Shown here: in pieces, positions 20,484 through 32,543 of the stretch
Position numbering within the stretch: the stretch's first letter is position 1
Layout of the letters: the number at the start of each line of letters is the position of its first letter
Assembly: GCA_010093605.1 (NCBI GenBank)
Contig: MU004196.1
Coordinates: forward strand, 146,606 to 210,605
Origin: Lophium mytilinum
Lineage: Eukaryota
Reading direction: 5' to 3'
Length of the DNA stretch: 64,000 nucleotides
Notes under the pieces: model-generated
Database searches by the model: none
What the model saw: only the letters and a program-made list of their open reading frames with translations
What the model was told of the DNA's origin: nothing
Position numbers and translations under genes: made by a program

Positions 20484-21804
20484 GGTTGAGAAGGAGATAA
20501 ACCTGCAGGGCCTCACATGGCCTGGTTTCTTTATGGGTAATCTGGTGATCTGGCAAGCATTGGGCGCGGCGTTCAGCGGAGCGGCTGGTATCACAGCGAG
20601 CGAAACAGTAGCACAGTAGTCACAGCTATGCAAAAGCATGGCGTCGGTTCTTTTGTACAACACAGATCTGGACAATTCTCTTTCTACAAGCCTCATCTCC
20701 GTATCCTTTGCAATTCAGTCGTGATGTGAATGCCTAATACAAGCAGCTATCTCACGGCCGAATGACTTCTTGCACCTACCCTGTCGGCGGTGATCTGAGG
20801 CTGCCAGGGGTGGCCCGTCGGCAAGTTGCTCGAGCAAGAGATTCGAGACCTAGGGCAGATCTTGCTTGCATTAGGGAGATTGCCTTTCGGGTACGCCGTA
20901 AATGGTTGAAGATGTAACCAGCTATCTCCAGTCGTCACGAAAGTACCAAGACACACGACACGCAGCCAGGGCATCAGCCCATCTGATTGATCCAGGGTGC
21001 ATTCTGCACAGCAATGCGGCTAGCGGTTGCAGGTGTCGACTGAAACAGCCGGCCATTGGCATGTGCGGTGTCTGGGAGGCGCGCAATCATAGCAGCGGGC
21101 GGTATAGCAGGGCGGGCTCTTGTCACCCTCGATCGGGGATTGTCGCGAGTGGCTGAGGTGCGGCGATGGGGCAAAGGGGGCATCTGATAGGCGTGGCAAT
21201 CAAAACGGCTCGAGTGCAGCGTCGAGAAGGGTGACACGGCGAACGAGCAGCGGAGACCATGCGAGCCGCGCCCATGGCCTGCATATTATGGGCCTGCCGC
21301 TTTCTGTGCAGCGGCGGAGACAACGAGACCAGACGGACCTGCAGCCGCGAAGCCGTACACGCAGCGACACGCAGCCACCGCTCCGGAATGTGCGCGATGC
21401 CACCGCTGCTGGCCACGGCGTGAGGCAGACGAGTGCCGCGACAGGCGGCCCTGAGGAATAGCTGTGGATGAGAGGCCGAGGGCGCATGCGTGATGCCTCT
21501 CCTCTCCGTCGCACCGGTTGATGCCAAGGCCCGTCGTTAATTGCGCGGGCCGCTCTCGTCCCCGTCTGGCTCTAGCCTTTTGTTCCACTCGGCTGGCCAC
21601 CAAGCCCCTTCGAGAATCCCCCCAAGACGCCCGAGCTGCTGGCAAGGACTTCTGCCGACTCCTCACCACCAACCTCACCATCTCGAGCCCATCCTCACCA
21701 CAACCCCCAAGAGCCCCCGACGAGCCTGCCGACTGCCTGACCGCCCTGTCCACGGTGCTGGCTCGACGCAGACACCCCCCCAACCCAGCCCGCACACAGC
21801 AAAC

Positions 21805-23527
21805 ATGGCCTCGTCGTCGTCCAACGTCGTCGGCGTCCACTACCGCGTGGGCAAGAAGATCGGAGAGGGCTCCTTTGGCGTCATCTTCGAGGGCACCAAC
21901 CTGCTCAACAATCAGCAGGTCGCCATCAAGTTTGTACGTGTCCCCATTGACCGGCGAAAGGGGCTGAGCCCAATGCTGAACGTCCACCCTTCAGGAACCG
22001 CGCAAAAGCGACGCACCCCAGCTGCGAGACGAATACCGGACATACAAGATACTTGTCGGCTGCCGTACGTCTAGAATCTCCTCGTCTGGTCTGTTACCGC
22101 CCCTCTGAGGCACTCCGTCCTGCTCGGCGGAAATGCCGACGACGACTCGGCACAGACCTTTCCTCACTCACCTCAGCCCCCACGTGCCTTTCTTTATCCG
22201 CAAGAGACTCTTCTGATCGCCTTCCCGTCATGCAATGTATTGTCGTCGTGCGTGTGCTGACTTTCCACAGCTGGAATTCCTAATGTCTACTACTTCGGCC
22301 AGGAGGGCCTGCACAACATTCTGGTCATCGACCTGCTAGGCCCGAGCTTGGAGGACCTGTTCGATCACTGCAATCGGAAGTTCTCCATCAAGACTGTCGT
22401 GATGGTGGCGAAGCAGATGGTACGTTTCGTGTCTCATTTGTTCTATATATAGCCTGCTAACTCCGCTAGCTCTCGCGAGTGCAAACAATACACGAGAAGA
22501 ACCTGATATACCGAGACATCAAGCCCGACAACTTCCTCATCGGCCGCCCCGGCTCCAAAGCCGCCAATGTCATCCATGTCGTCGATTTCGGCATGGCCAA
22601 GCAGTACCGCGATCCCAAGACTAAGCAGCACATTCCTTACCGAGAACGCAAATCGCTGTCGGGCACTGCGCGTTACATGAGCATCAACACACATTTGGGA
22701 CGCGAACAATCACGGCGAGACGATTTGGAAGCTTTAGGGCATGTTTTCATGTACTTCCTGCGCGGCGGTCTACCGTGGCAAGGTCTGAAAGCTGCCACCA
22801 ACAAGCAGAAATACGAGAAGATTGGAGAGAAGAAGCAGACTACTCCCATCAAGGATCTATGCGACAGCTTCCCAGGTACGGTCAATCTTACACTTGTCAC
22901 ATAGCAGTCACTAACACAATCACAGAGGAGCTGAACAAGTATCTCAGCTATGTGCGAAATCTCGGGTTCGAAGATACTCCGGATTATGACTACCTGCGCG
23001 AACTCTTCACCCAGGCCCTTAAGAGCACCGGGGAAGTCGAGGACGGTGAATATGACTGGATGAAGCTGAACAACGGGAAAGGATGGGAAGCGATGAAGGC
23101 ACACCCTTCGGCTGCTCATCTCCACCACGCCAACATCAACCAAAACTCGTCGACCGCCGTCAACCTGCACGGCCAACAAATTCGGCAGAAGGTGCAAATC
23201 CCAGCGGACCGCCTGCACCAGGAGCTTCCAAAGCCCGGTGCCACTCGAGGGCCCCCAGGAGGAAACCGCCATCCTCGCAACTCCGACCAAGGAAAGTATC
23301 ACCCGGATGCGGTCAAGAGGAAGAGTATGGGGGAGCTTGGTCCGCCAGAGGGATCCACACAGGCACAGTTCCAGAACAGCCAGCCGAACCTGACGGGAAA
23401 CCGGATGACCCAGTCGACGCCGATGACGGGAAACACGCCGGGTCTTCAATCAGTTGGGAGGGGCCAGCCGAATGAGCCCAAAGAAGGAGGAATGAAGAAG
23501 CTGATGCGGGTGTTTTGCTGCGGTTAG
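21805..23527 (+). CDS. YCK1: Casein kinase I, Yck1/Cki1 (gamma-type, C-terminally palmitoylated); 5 exons
   Basis: [64 protein letters not shown]. Ends in FCCG. Confidence 0.95.
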
Positions 23528-24656
23528 TTCAAGAGCCGGCCATCATGAGTATCCTTTCCCACGCATCTGGAAAGGAGCGTGAACGATTGGAAACAAGTGG
23601 GCTGGAGGACTATTCCCCCGAACCAACATATCGACATACCATGACCGGTAACGCATCGCTAGGAGCAGCACATCGGACACATCTCACCCTCTCTGCCTAT
23701 TCTTTTCGCCACCGGGCAGGACTCGTTCTGACGTAGCGACATTTTAATACCAATTCCCCTCTCCTTCCTGCTCCTCCCATCTACCATCCGGTTGCCTCTT
23801 CGTCCACCATGGTCATAGCATAAGGCATCCTGGTCTGGGACAAAAGACATACCCAACCTAACTCAAAAATATGGCGCGCTCCGGTTTTCGAGCAGTGTGT
23901 CGGGCGCCCAAAACCGGTTTTCATCAGCACGAGATTTCGAGATTCGGCGACAAAATGATCTGTGTCACTGGTTTTTCTTTCGACGATCAATCGGCTACGG
24001 AACGAAGCGTGAATGTGTCACGACCTCCTTTGCATCTTCCGTTTTCTCTCCTTGCTTTGTCTCTTTCTCTTCTCTCGCTGGCTGTGCGATGGTTGGCGAG
24101 AACGGACGAAAGAGGAAGCCCTTTTCTGGTGTTTTGTTAGCATGCAGCTGTCTTTTTGAAAGCGTGGTACGAAACGGACTGTATCGGTAGACTTTGTTTT
24201 CCCCTCTCTCTTCGGTTCGACGTAGTAATCTTTCCCAAGTGTTGGTAGCTGCTAGGTACCTCCGCTTTTTTCCTCCCTTTCCTCTAACCAAAGCGGGTAG
24301 TTTTAATTTTCTTTAGCCCGGGAGCTTTTCAACGTCACTTTCGGGGCCGGCCGCTTGCGTGCCAGCTTTTTTGTGTGGTTTTTCTGTTCAATCTTGGGGG
24401 GGTGTGATTGAGAAACTTGGGAAGCCTATGCTTTTGTTGCGTGGGCGTTAGAACGGGTTTACGGGGGGATTGGAAGAAGTGTATAATTGCATCTTTTCTT
24501 CTTAGCAAGCTGTTCTTTGTCTCTTTACTGTTGTGTTTTTTCCCTTTGATAAGACCTTTCGCTCGCTTGAAGATCGAAGATTGCATGGCGTGCGTTGGCT
24601 GGGGTGGTGGATGGGCTGAGCAGATGGTGGGGTGGGGCAGTTAGATGGTTGGACTC

Positions 24657-24678
24657 TGTGTGTGTGTGTGTGTGTGTG
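24657..24678. repeat. (TG)11 microsatellite in the long region 3' of the CK1 gene
   Basis: Read directly from the sequence. Confidence 0.95.
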
Positions 24679-25373
24679 GTTTTTCTTGTTAATAGGGAGT
24701 AATGAAAGAGTAAAATCTAAAAATGGTGCTGGAAACGTGCTCGTGGTGTGATGTCTTGGAGATGAGGTTGCTTAGGGTAGCCTTACTCTCCAGGAACGGT
24801 CGAGTGATATGTCCTCCTACTGACATGATATTGACTTACCCACGTCTTTCCAGCGATGTCTAGAATGCTTCAAATCCACTGCTGCATTTAGGAGTTCTGA
24901 GGGCGAAAGTTATACTCTGGAAAGGTGTAGGGGAATACGGAGCTGCTGCACGTGTATGAGACTTCTTCTACATTTGAGGCGAGTTAAGGCGCTGCAGATA
25001 TTGAAGTTAAGGGGGTAGCGTTAGGTGCCTGAGGAAAGAATGCTGCTGCACACTAAGATGTTCACGCTTTACGGGGAAGAGTTTAGCGTGCGGCATCGAG
25101 GATAGCATGCTTTCTGTATTGACTCCATGTACAGTTGAGCGTCTAATTGCGGCGAAGGGGATTAGCAATGACGAACTTCCGCTCACGAACGACCATCTGG
25201 CTTGAGCAAAGGCAATGGAGAGATAGAGGAGGAGTTTTTCATCCGCTTGAATAGTGCTTCTCTTGAATTCTAACTATCTGCTCATTCTCAGGATCTGCTC
25301 AGTCTCAATACCCACCGGTTCTCGATACCAACCTAGCTCCATCTTCACGCATTTCACATCTTATCTCCTTGGA

Positions 25374-26255
25374 ATGGCTAGCAATCCACAATATGAACTC
25401 GGAACCCTCATCGACGGTGAATGGAAACAGTGGACAGATAACGCTGGACAGGACTACTACGAAAACCTGAGCACCAAAGCTACGCAAATTGCTGGACCAA
25501 CCGGATATGAGGATGCTGTCACGGTACATATATACATACTAACCCCTATCAAAATCAAGCTATGATAATCCCGTCCAGGACACCTGGGCCCCCGACACCA
25601 CCAAGCCCCGGCCGCAATGGCACGCCCTCCCCGTCACTTACAACCCCCCAAAAGCGACTAGATCCTAGAAATCTCGACGAGAACCAAATAACCAACTCAC
25701 CCCCTCTCTCTCCCTCACAGACGCAACCTCCGCACCGGCCGTATCACCCTCTCACCTACCTCGACACCCCCATCCTGCGCGCCCACCTCCAGCGCCTCGA
25801 ACGCTCCCCCGACTCCCAAGCCGACTGTTACAGAAGCGTCATCCATGCCATCCTAACCCACTCCCTCCCCGCCGCCGAACACTTCGCCGTCTACCAGCGC
25901 GAGCCGCGCGGGGACGTCGCCCAAACCGACGCCAACGCGGGGGTAGCGGTGATGCAGCTCGCGGCGCGCCCGGGGGGGGAGTATGCACGCGTATGACTAC
26001 TGCCTCGTGTGGAGCGAGGGGGTTGGGGGGAGTTGGGATGCCGCGGAGGAGCGGCTGGGGAGGTATTGCGGGGGCACGGGGAACGGGTCGGGGCGGGTTT
26101 ATGGGGTTGGGTGTGTTGGGTTGGGGGTGAAGTTTTTCGTGGCGGATGGGGGGGTGTTGGAGGGGAGGAGTGGGGTGTTGGATGTGAGGGATGATGTTGA
26201 GGCTGTTGTGGCTATGTTTGGGGAGATGAAGAGGTGCCCGCTTGGGTTTGTGTGA
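25374..26255 (+). pseudogene. Probable pseudogene: N-terminal WW-like module plus an uncharacterised alpha/beta domain
   Basis: Exon 1 GEWKQWTDNAGQDYYENLSTKATQ resembles the WW consensus. Splicing at 25620-25720 (GC donor) creates TG|A. There is a frame change near 25750 and an extra G in the G8 run at 25972-25979 between ORFs 25562-25996 and 25983-26255. Confidence 0.55.
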
Positions 26256-26815
26256 TGGGAGAGTGGGGATGGTGGAAGGCTGATGGGCGGGGGTGTGGTG
26301 TTTTGCGAAGGGGGAGATGAGGTTAGGTGGAGTTTGATGTTTCTGAAGTGAAATGAATCTATGCAGCTATCTTTTTGCTAAGGGTGCTATTCTTGAAAGG
26401 GGTATTGAGGACGCGGGGTTGAGGTGCGTCAGTGTGCCAGGACCCTTGCAGCTTGAAAGGGTAAATGATAATGATGTCAAGGGCGATATGGGGGAAGTCA
26501 GACTAGCTTGTGACTGACGGATTATCTGTCTCTAGGGCGGCTACTAATAGTAGTTGTTAGTCTCGACGCATCACTCAAGTAGTGGTACATACGTGTGCCA
26601 TGTGGCCGGAGATAACCTAATACTACACAGTCAGCGATGAGAACAAGTCATTTACTTCACGTCACACACGATAGTCCACATCGCAAGAATGATAAGCTAG
26701 AACGAGTGTTTGACATTCATGGACTACAACTACAAGAACCAGTACAACGCTAAAAACCGAAAACGAAAAGAGAGGAAGGAAAAAGAACTAATGCCGTCCG
26801 CTGAACTCAAGCACA

Positions 26816-28420
26816 TCACTTCTCCTCGCCGTACGGGTAATCCATGCCGAAGTAAAATTCCAATTTGCCGCCCTCAGCGCAAATGCACCTGTATTCGTCC
26901 CAGCTGTCAGCATGCCCGAACACCTCGCTTGCGTTGTCGTGTGCGACGCCGAGGATGATACCATCGAGGTTGTCCTCGCCGTGGTTGAGGTGCGAGTATG
27001 GCAACTTGGAGGGAGACGGCGTCGGGGTGGATGATATGGAGCGAGTCGAGGTGTGAGTGTGGTTGAAGTAAGGCAGCTTGGAGGAGGAAGGTGATAGGGT
27101 GGGCAATATGGGGCGAGTCAAGGAGTGAGTGGGTGTGAAGGTGACGTAGATGCTTGAGGTTGAAGTCGAGGTCAAGGTCGATGGCGAAGTGCTCTTCACA
27201 CTCTTGGAATACCACTTGGTTGACGTCGATGTGGAGGAAGTCGACAGTGAGATTTTGGACTGCGTCCAATATTTCGCCCAACTGGTCTGGGACGTGGTGT
27301 GGCTCACAGTGGACGAGGCGGGACCAATCTTGCCCTTGATCGACTTGAACGTGGCGGAAGGCTTTGGAAGGTAGAACGGGGACGACCAGTGGAGTGACGA
27401 GTGAAACGTGGAAGCGGAGTAGCTGGTGTAATAGTAATCGTCGTGCTCTGGGGCCGTAGCATCACTGTGGTGGTGGTCGATGCCGTAATGGATCTCAAGA
27501 AGTTCGTAATCGATGTCAACGTCAACATCGTGAGATCCAGTGGAGTCTCCAGGCAGAGTACAATTGAGGAGTCCGAAATAGCACTCGGGCTCTTCCACGT
27601 CGACGGCAGGCTTTGTCGGGCTTAAGGAAGGCTTGCTCGGGTAAGAGACAGGCTTCTCTTGCTTGTCGGTCGGTTTGGACGGATTGATGGAAGGTCTCGA
27701 GAAAGAGTATGCGGACTTCGTGGCGGAGTATGCAGACTTCGAGGAAGAGTAGGCAATCTTCGAGGATGGTACGGTAGACCTCGAGGAAGTGACAGCAGAC
27801 TTTGAGGAATAGACTCTCGACGAAGTATGGGCAGGCTTCGAAGAGGGCTTATAAGGCAGCTTTCCAGTTTTCGACGGATGCCCGACATGCTTGAGCGTGT
27901 GGCTACCAGGCCCCACGGTAGGAGGACCGGGCTTCGATGAATGCCCAACATGCTTGAGGGTGTGGATACCCAGTCGTTGGGTAGGGGTGCCAGACTTCGG
28001 CCGACTAGTGATGGTCGACTTCGAATGGAAGGTAGACTTCCTCGTGGAGCTCGTTGGCGTTGCCAGAGGAACGAGAACGCTGACCCAGTCAATGAAGGGA
28101 ATGGACGTTGCGGATAGTGTCACGCCCTTGAGGGACTTCACAAGGCGGCGTTCGAGTCCACTGTCTCCGATGCTGCGGCTTAGAAGGCCCTCCATGTCCG
28201 CGTAGCTCACATCGCCTTTGAAACAGCAGCAGTGGGCGTTCTTGACCTGCTGACCAGTGGAGTTTCTGACGTTCTTGTATCCGCATTTGGGGGCGTCCGG
28301 TGTTGTAGAAGTCGAAGTTGAGATTGGATGAACGCGAGGGGACGGTTCAGTGGGTGGTTCAGGGCCAGCTGGAGCTGCAACAGCCGTAGCTCCAAGTGCG
28401 AGCAGAACGGCAAACTTCAT
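26816..28420 (-). CDS. Secreted Ser/Thr/Pro/His-rich mucin-like protein with small Cys clusters
   Basis: Signal peptide MKFAVLLALGATAVAA-P, 534-aa intronless ORF, Cys clusters at the N-terminus, middle and C-terminus. No obvious GPI signal. Confidence 0.8.
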   Translation of the reverse strand: MKFAVLLALGATAVAAPAGPEPPTEPSPRVHPISTSTSTTPDAPKCGYKNVRNSTGQQVKNAHCCCFKGDVSYADMEGLLSRSIGDSGLERRLVKSLKGVTLSATSIPFIDWVSVLVPLATPTSSTRKSTFHSKSTITSRPKSGTPTQRLGIHTLKHVGHSSKPGPPTVGPGSHTLKHVGHPSKTGKLPYKPSSKPAHTSSRVYSSKSAVTSSRSTVPSSKIAYSSSKSAYSATKSAYSFSRPSINPSKPTDKQEKPVSYPSKPSLSPTKPAVDVEEPECYFGLLNCTLPGDSTGSHDVDVDIDYELLEIHYGIDHHHSDATAPEHDDYYYTSYSASTFHSSLHWSSPFYLPKPSATFKSIKGKIGPASSTVSHTTSQTSWAKYWTQSKISLSTSSTSTSTKWYSKSVKSTSPSTLTSTSTSSIYVTFTPTHSLTRPILPTLSPSSSKLPYFNHTHTSTRSISSTPTPSPSKLPYSHLNHGEDNLDGIILGVAHDNASEVFGHADSWDEYRCICAEGGKLEFYFGMDYPYGEEK

Positions 28421-29115
28421 GACTGCACGATGAATAGCGGGATTTATCGATGGAGGACTGATGGATGATGTATGATGGAGCTGGTGGATGTTGAAGCTGA
28501 TGGGTGATGGAGTGGATGAATTGTGGAGTGTAAAGGTCTGGGTTGGGCGGGCAGGATGCTGTTATAAACACTGCCGCCACCTGTGGTCCTTCCTAGCATA
28601 CTCGCGACTATAAACATTGCGTGAGAATGCTTGCTGTGAGACGGAAGGTGGTTGCTCGAGACGGGCACGCTGCTCCCGTTGGCCAGCGATGCTTCTTGCC
28701 TTTCCAAGCGCGATCCATGCGTTTGCTAGCAGGATCTACGGGACGGTTTAGCAACTGAATAGAGACTTGGAGAGGGAGAGACGGACCGAAGAGCAAGAGC
28801 GTCAAGCTTGAAGCAACAACGGAGCAATACATTCGAGCTTCGTGGGGCATTGAAGGTGGAAGGCTAGTAACACGCTCCGCTGAACACAATGTTGCAGTTC
28901 GACACCGTCTAGAATAGCCCGGAGAGCTATGGGGCTTGCCCATACAAGCCTTTTAGAGGTTTAAAGACCTTACACAGAACTACAAGCGACGCTAGGCAAG
29001 CATGAATAAGCGTAGAAAGAGTGTGTACCTCAAGAATAGGAATATCTTGAATGGGAAGAATAGACTCGCGAAAGTCACTTCTTGCTCAAGGGAGCTAGAG
29101 TGGCCCTCTGGAGTT

Positions 29116-30072
29116 TCACATAACACTGCAAGCCTCCCGAACAAACTCAACCCCTTTGCCCTCGAGCTTGTCACCATCTTCTGGAGGAATTTCCAGGGCG
29201 ATGATCTTGGGCTTCACACCCTTCTGGAGCATCACCCGCACTTGAGCTTTCTCCCAAAACTCAATCTGTACGGCCCTCCGCCGCCGTAACTCGGTCACGA
29301 ATCTTGCAAACTCCTCATCGGTTTTGCACCGGAACTTCGCACTCTCAATCTTGCTGTCCACATCGTCCACCTCTGCATTTGCGCATCGTGGGCAGTACAC
29401 CGTTAGCATGCCGATGCTGTTCTCGTCCACAGTGTTGTACATCTTGAACAAAGACGCCGCGTAGACGCTGTACCACGGACGCTGGCAATTCTCTCGTGTA
29501 CACGGCCGCTCGTAGTACTTGAAGGTTTTCGAGTGCAAAATCGCTTCCTGTTGTCGGAGCAGCATGTTGGACTCGGCCTCACGGCTGCGGGCCACGTCTC
29601 GCACGTGTTGCTCAAACAGTTGCTGAACTTCTCGCATAGTCCTTCGTCCTGCCGTTGCGCGCAGCCGCCCATTCTCCGACTTCAAGTGAGCCTCAGCGAA
29701 TTGGCGGTCTTTGAAGGCGTGAGAGGGGCAGAGGCCGTGCTTATTGACCAGGCCGTGCGGTTTGCTGGGCGCGTAGAAGCTCGGTGAGAGCATGCTGATG
29801 AGGTAGTGCGCCTGGCAGCCTTCGGACATGCAAGGGACATAGTGGTCGCTGGGATTGTAGACTGCTGAGGACGGCACGCCTATGCGTGAGGGCTGAACGG
29901 TTTTGGCGCGAGACGGTTTGGCGGTTGACATTGTGTGCTTCAGGCTGACGAAGCTGCGGGATTTCTTGATCTCTGGTCGTGCGGACAGACGGGTGTAATC
30001 ACTTTTAGAAATGGAGATGTTTGACAATGATTTATGAGTTGATAATGACGGGGCCGCGCGGATGTCAGCCAT
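29116..30072 (-). CDS. Hypothetical protein with two Cx4C...Cx2[H/C] putative zinc-binding units, each followed by a helical/coiled-coil segment
   Basis: PCMSEGC...LCPSH and PCTRENC...YCPRC. First ATG at 30072. Confidence 0.7.
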   Translation of the reverse strand: MADIRAAPSLSTHKSLSNISISKSDYTRLSARPEIKKSRSFVSLKHTMSTAKPSRAKTVQPSRIGVPSSAVYNPSDHYVPCMSEGCQAHYLISMLSPSFYAPSKPHGLVNKHGLCPSHAFKDRQFAEAHLKSENGRLRATAGRRTMREVQQLFEQHVRDVARSREAESNMLLRQQEAILHSKTFKYYERPCTRENCQRPWYSVYAASLFKMYNTVDENSIGMLTVYCPRCANAEVDDVDSKIESAKFRCKTDEEFARFVTELRRRRAVQIEFWEKAQVRVMLQKGVKPKIIALEIPPEDGDKLEGKGVEFVREACSVM

Positions 30073-30801
30073 TATGAGAGAGGTGCGAGAAAGAGCAGGC
30101 ACAGGAAACGACAATGGAAGGTACGATTTGCGACATTAATGAATTGAATCGAAGGAGTCGCTTTTCAGCCCTGGAGGCTTAAGCCTATGGCGTCAAGCAA
30201 TCGGAAGCAGCGGCGCGATGAAGGCCTGGCAACTTCGAATCTGGATGGGAAAGTGAGGTGGTTGGTAGGAAAGCTCATCAATTATGGAAGCGGCATGGGC
30301 TCCAAGGTACCAGCTGGCCTATGAGAGATTAAAAGTCGGTGCCCTCGATGAAAAGGAGGCAGCGCGTGCAACTCTGTTAGCTGAAGAGGCGAGACCAGCG
30401 CCATTGTGCACTAGGTGGCTCCACAGCTGTTATTGGTGACAACCTTACGGCGCCACCGGATCGCGGATAAGCATCGATTAACGCCCGGCTACAAAGTGCC
30501 AAGGCCGTTGTAGGAATATCCTAACTAGATTGATCCCGTCCATAACATTTCGCTGGTCAAAGCCTAAAAATATATGGTATTACATCAGTGTCGACAGGAC
30601 CTCATACGAAAAAAACTACAGTCAACGAGGTAGAAGCCTAAAAGCATATCAATGGCCCCAAGTAGCCAGGCCTCAGGTGGTATCACTCTGTCCTGAACTC
30701 CTAATCCCACGATTAGCCAGCCTAGCCCTATCCTAAACGCCGTCAGCCATTCCACTGTCATACCAGTACCGTTACAACAAGAAAAGAGGGTATCCTGATA
30801 A

Positions 30802-32394
30802 TCAAACGTTATTCTTTCTCGTTCGAATCTTGCCATCCTTGACAACGCCAATGCTCACTCCAGCCTCTCCAGTCATCCAGCCAGGCATCCTCTCTCCATC
30901 GACCACTCCCTTTTCCACAAGCTGTCGGATGCCGGCAAACACATGGGATCCGTAGAAGGTGACACGGACGTCTGGACGCCAGTCTGCAGAGCCGGCTCCT
31001 GGTGTATTGGCTAGGTCATCGGCTGGTCTATCGAGCTCGGAAGGTCTCGATGGACGACCGTGCGCTTTGCTCTTTCTAGCCGCAGGTATGGGAGTTTGAA
31101 TGTCTTCTTCATCTAGAGCCGCGGAGACTACGTTGGCAGGAAATGCGTCATCAATCCTCACTTCAACGCGCTCGAGAGTCATGCCGTCGCCTACAATACC
31201 AGAATTACCGAATCGGCCCTCTGCAACTTGCTTCAGGCGCTTGCTCGCGGGCGATTCCGCGGGTTCCGCATCATCAAGAACTGCGTCTCTCCGTCCACGC
31301 TTAGTAGTGCGTGAATTGTTCTCTTTGTCCACGCCGTCGTGCGTAGAGTCTGGATTTGGTGGCTTGCTTTTCTTGATAGCATCTCCGGAAGGTGGATTGA
31401 TACCAAAGTCTAGCGTGTTTTGGTTGAGTTTGTTGTCGACGAATATGCTCCAACCACCCGGCGCGGCGTTGCTTCCACCTGAGCCCCGAAGACTGAGGAG
31501 GGCCTCGAGAGAGCGAGTGTGAAGTTTGGTATCTTGGAATTCGTAGCGCTTGAACGGTTTCGAAAGGGCATGTGGCACTGCATCGTACAGCAGCTTTTGA
31601 AGGCTTAGTACTTCCGACCCAACTCGTTGTCCGGGTGAAGTCGAAATCGACAGATACACGAAGGGTGAGCTGTCCGGGAACGCCACCCATACTGCCTTTG
31701 AAGTGTTCGAGCCGCCAGACACCTGTGGCTGAACATCTTGAAGCGACTGTTCGGTGTTGTATGGCGAATCGTGCATGAAGACGCGCAAGAGTGTGAGTCC
31801 CATGCCTTTGTGCATATTCTTCTGGCGAGTGAAGTAGTAATGTGCTTTCATTAATGGCGCAAGCCGGTTCGCGAGACTCTGGAGAAAGGTGGCCACTTGG
31901 AATCTCGGGAAGTCGTCGGTGTAGTCGCTAGGTTCCACGCCAGGCTCCTTGTCCTGCTTCCTCACGAGTCGCTTTCCGTACCACTTGTGGGAGGTGGGGT
32001 GCTCGAGGAGAAGGCGTTCCTCGACCATTGCGAGCTGATAAAGCGAGATGCCATGCCTCCAGTCTCCGTACAGGACGCGGTCGACAACCTCCTTGCGGCT
32101 CCCCTTTCCCCTCTGGTAGCCCTCGTACACTTCCTTTAATTCCTCGAGGCCCTGGGCCGGGGGGTCATACTCAAGATGCTCGTTCTCAGCGTCGTCGGGA
32201 TCATGGTCGGCGTACAGGTACGGCCGGCAGAAGTCGCGATGTTTCTTGTCTAGCCATTGCAGGACGATGGATATCAGGGCCTCTCGTCTGAGCCGAGACA
32301 GGGCGCGAACAAGCTCGGTGTTGGTTGTCGGAACACGGAGGCTGTGACCCAGGACGCCGTTGGTGGGAACAGAGAGGCCACCGCGAGGAGCCAT
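30802..32394 (-). CDS. CHL4: Kinetochore protein CENP-N/Chl4/Mis15
   Basis: LSRLRREALISIVLQWL, GDWRHGISLYQLAM, WVAFPDSSPFVY, and C-terminal FYGSHVFAGIRQLVEKG...MPGWMTGEAGVS. Confidence 0.9.
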   Translation of the reverse strand: MAPRGGLSVPTNGVLGHSLRVPTTNTELVRALSRLRREALISIVLQWLDKKHRDFCRPYLYADHDPDDAENEHLEYDPPAQGLEELKEVYEGYQRGKGSRKEVVDRVLYGDWRHGISLYQLAMVEERLLLEHPTSHKWYGKRLVRKQDKEPGVEPSDYTDDFPRFQVATFLQSLANRLAPLMKAHYYFTRQKNMHKGMGLTLLRVFMHDSPYNTEQSLQDVQPQVSGGSNTSKAVWVAFPDSSPFVYLSISTSPGQRVGSEVLSLQKLLYDAVPHALSKPFKRYEFQDTKLHTRSLEALLSLRGSGGSNAAPGGWSIFVDNKLNQNTLDFGINPPSGDAIKKSKPPNPDSTHDGVDKENNSRTTKRGRRDAVLDDAEPAESPASKRLKQVAEGRFGNSGIVGDGMTLERVEVRIDDAFPANVVSAALDEEDIQTPIPAARKSKAHGRPSRPSELDRPADDLANTPGAGSADWRPDVRVTFYGSHVFAGIRQLVEKGVVDGERMPGWMTGEAGVSIGVVKDGKIRTRKNNV

Positions 32395-32543
32395 CACGTC
32401 GAGGTCGTGGTGGGGGCTTCGCGAGGGTGGTAAGCGCTCGTATTGTTTGCATGGAGTCGCGAAGTGAAGTTGCGTCGACGCGTGTGGTTTAGCGCTAGCC
32501 TCGGTACGTAATAGCGTGGGGTGAATGCCTGTTAGTCCGGGCT

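Noticed and set aside
20900..21800. Many overlapping 80-230 aa ORFs upstream of CK1, and similarly at 48500-49450
   Set aside because: GC-rich promoter or leader DNA with few stop codons. The translations are low-information Arg/Ala/Pro/Ser strings.
22084..22158. Short stems in CK1 intron 2 (GGTCTGT/ACAGACC, TGCCGA/TCGGCA)
   Set aside because: 6-7-bp stems in GC-rich sequence are within chance expectation without conservation data.
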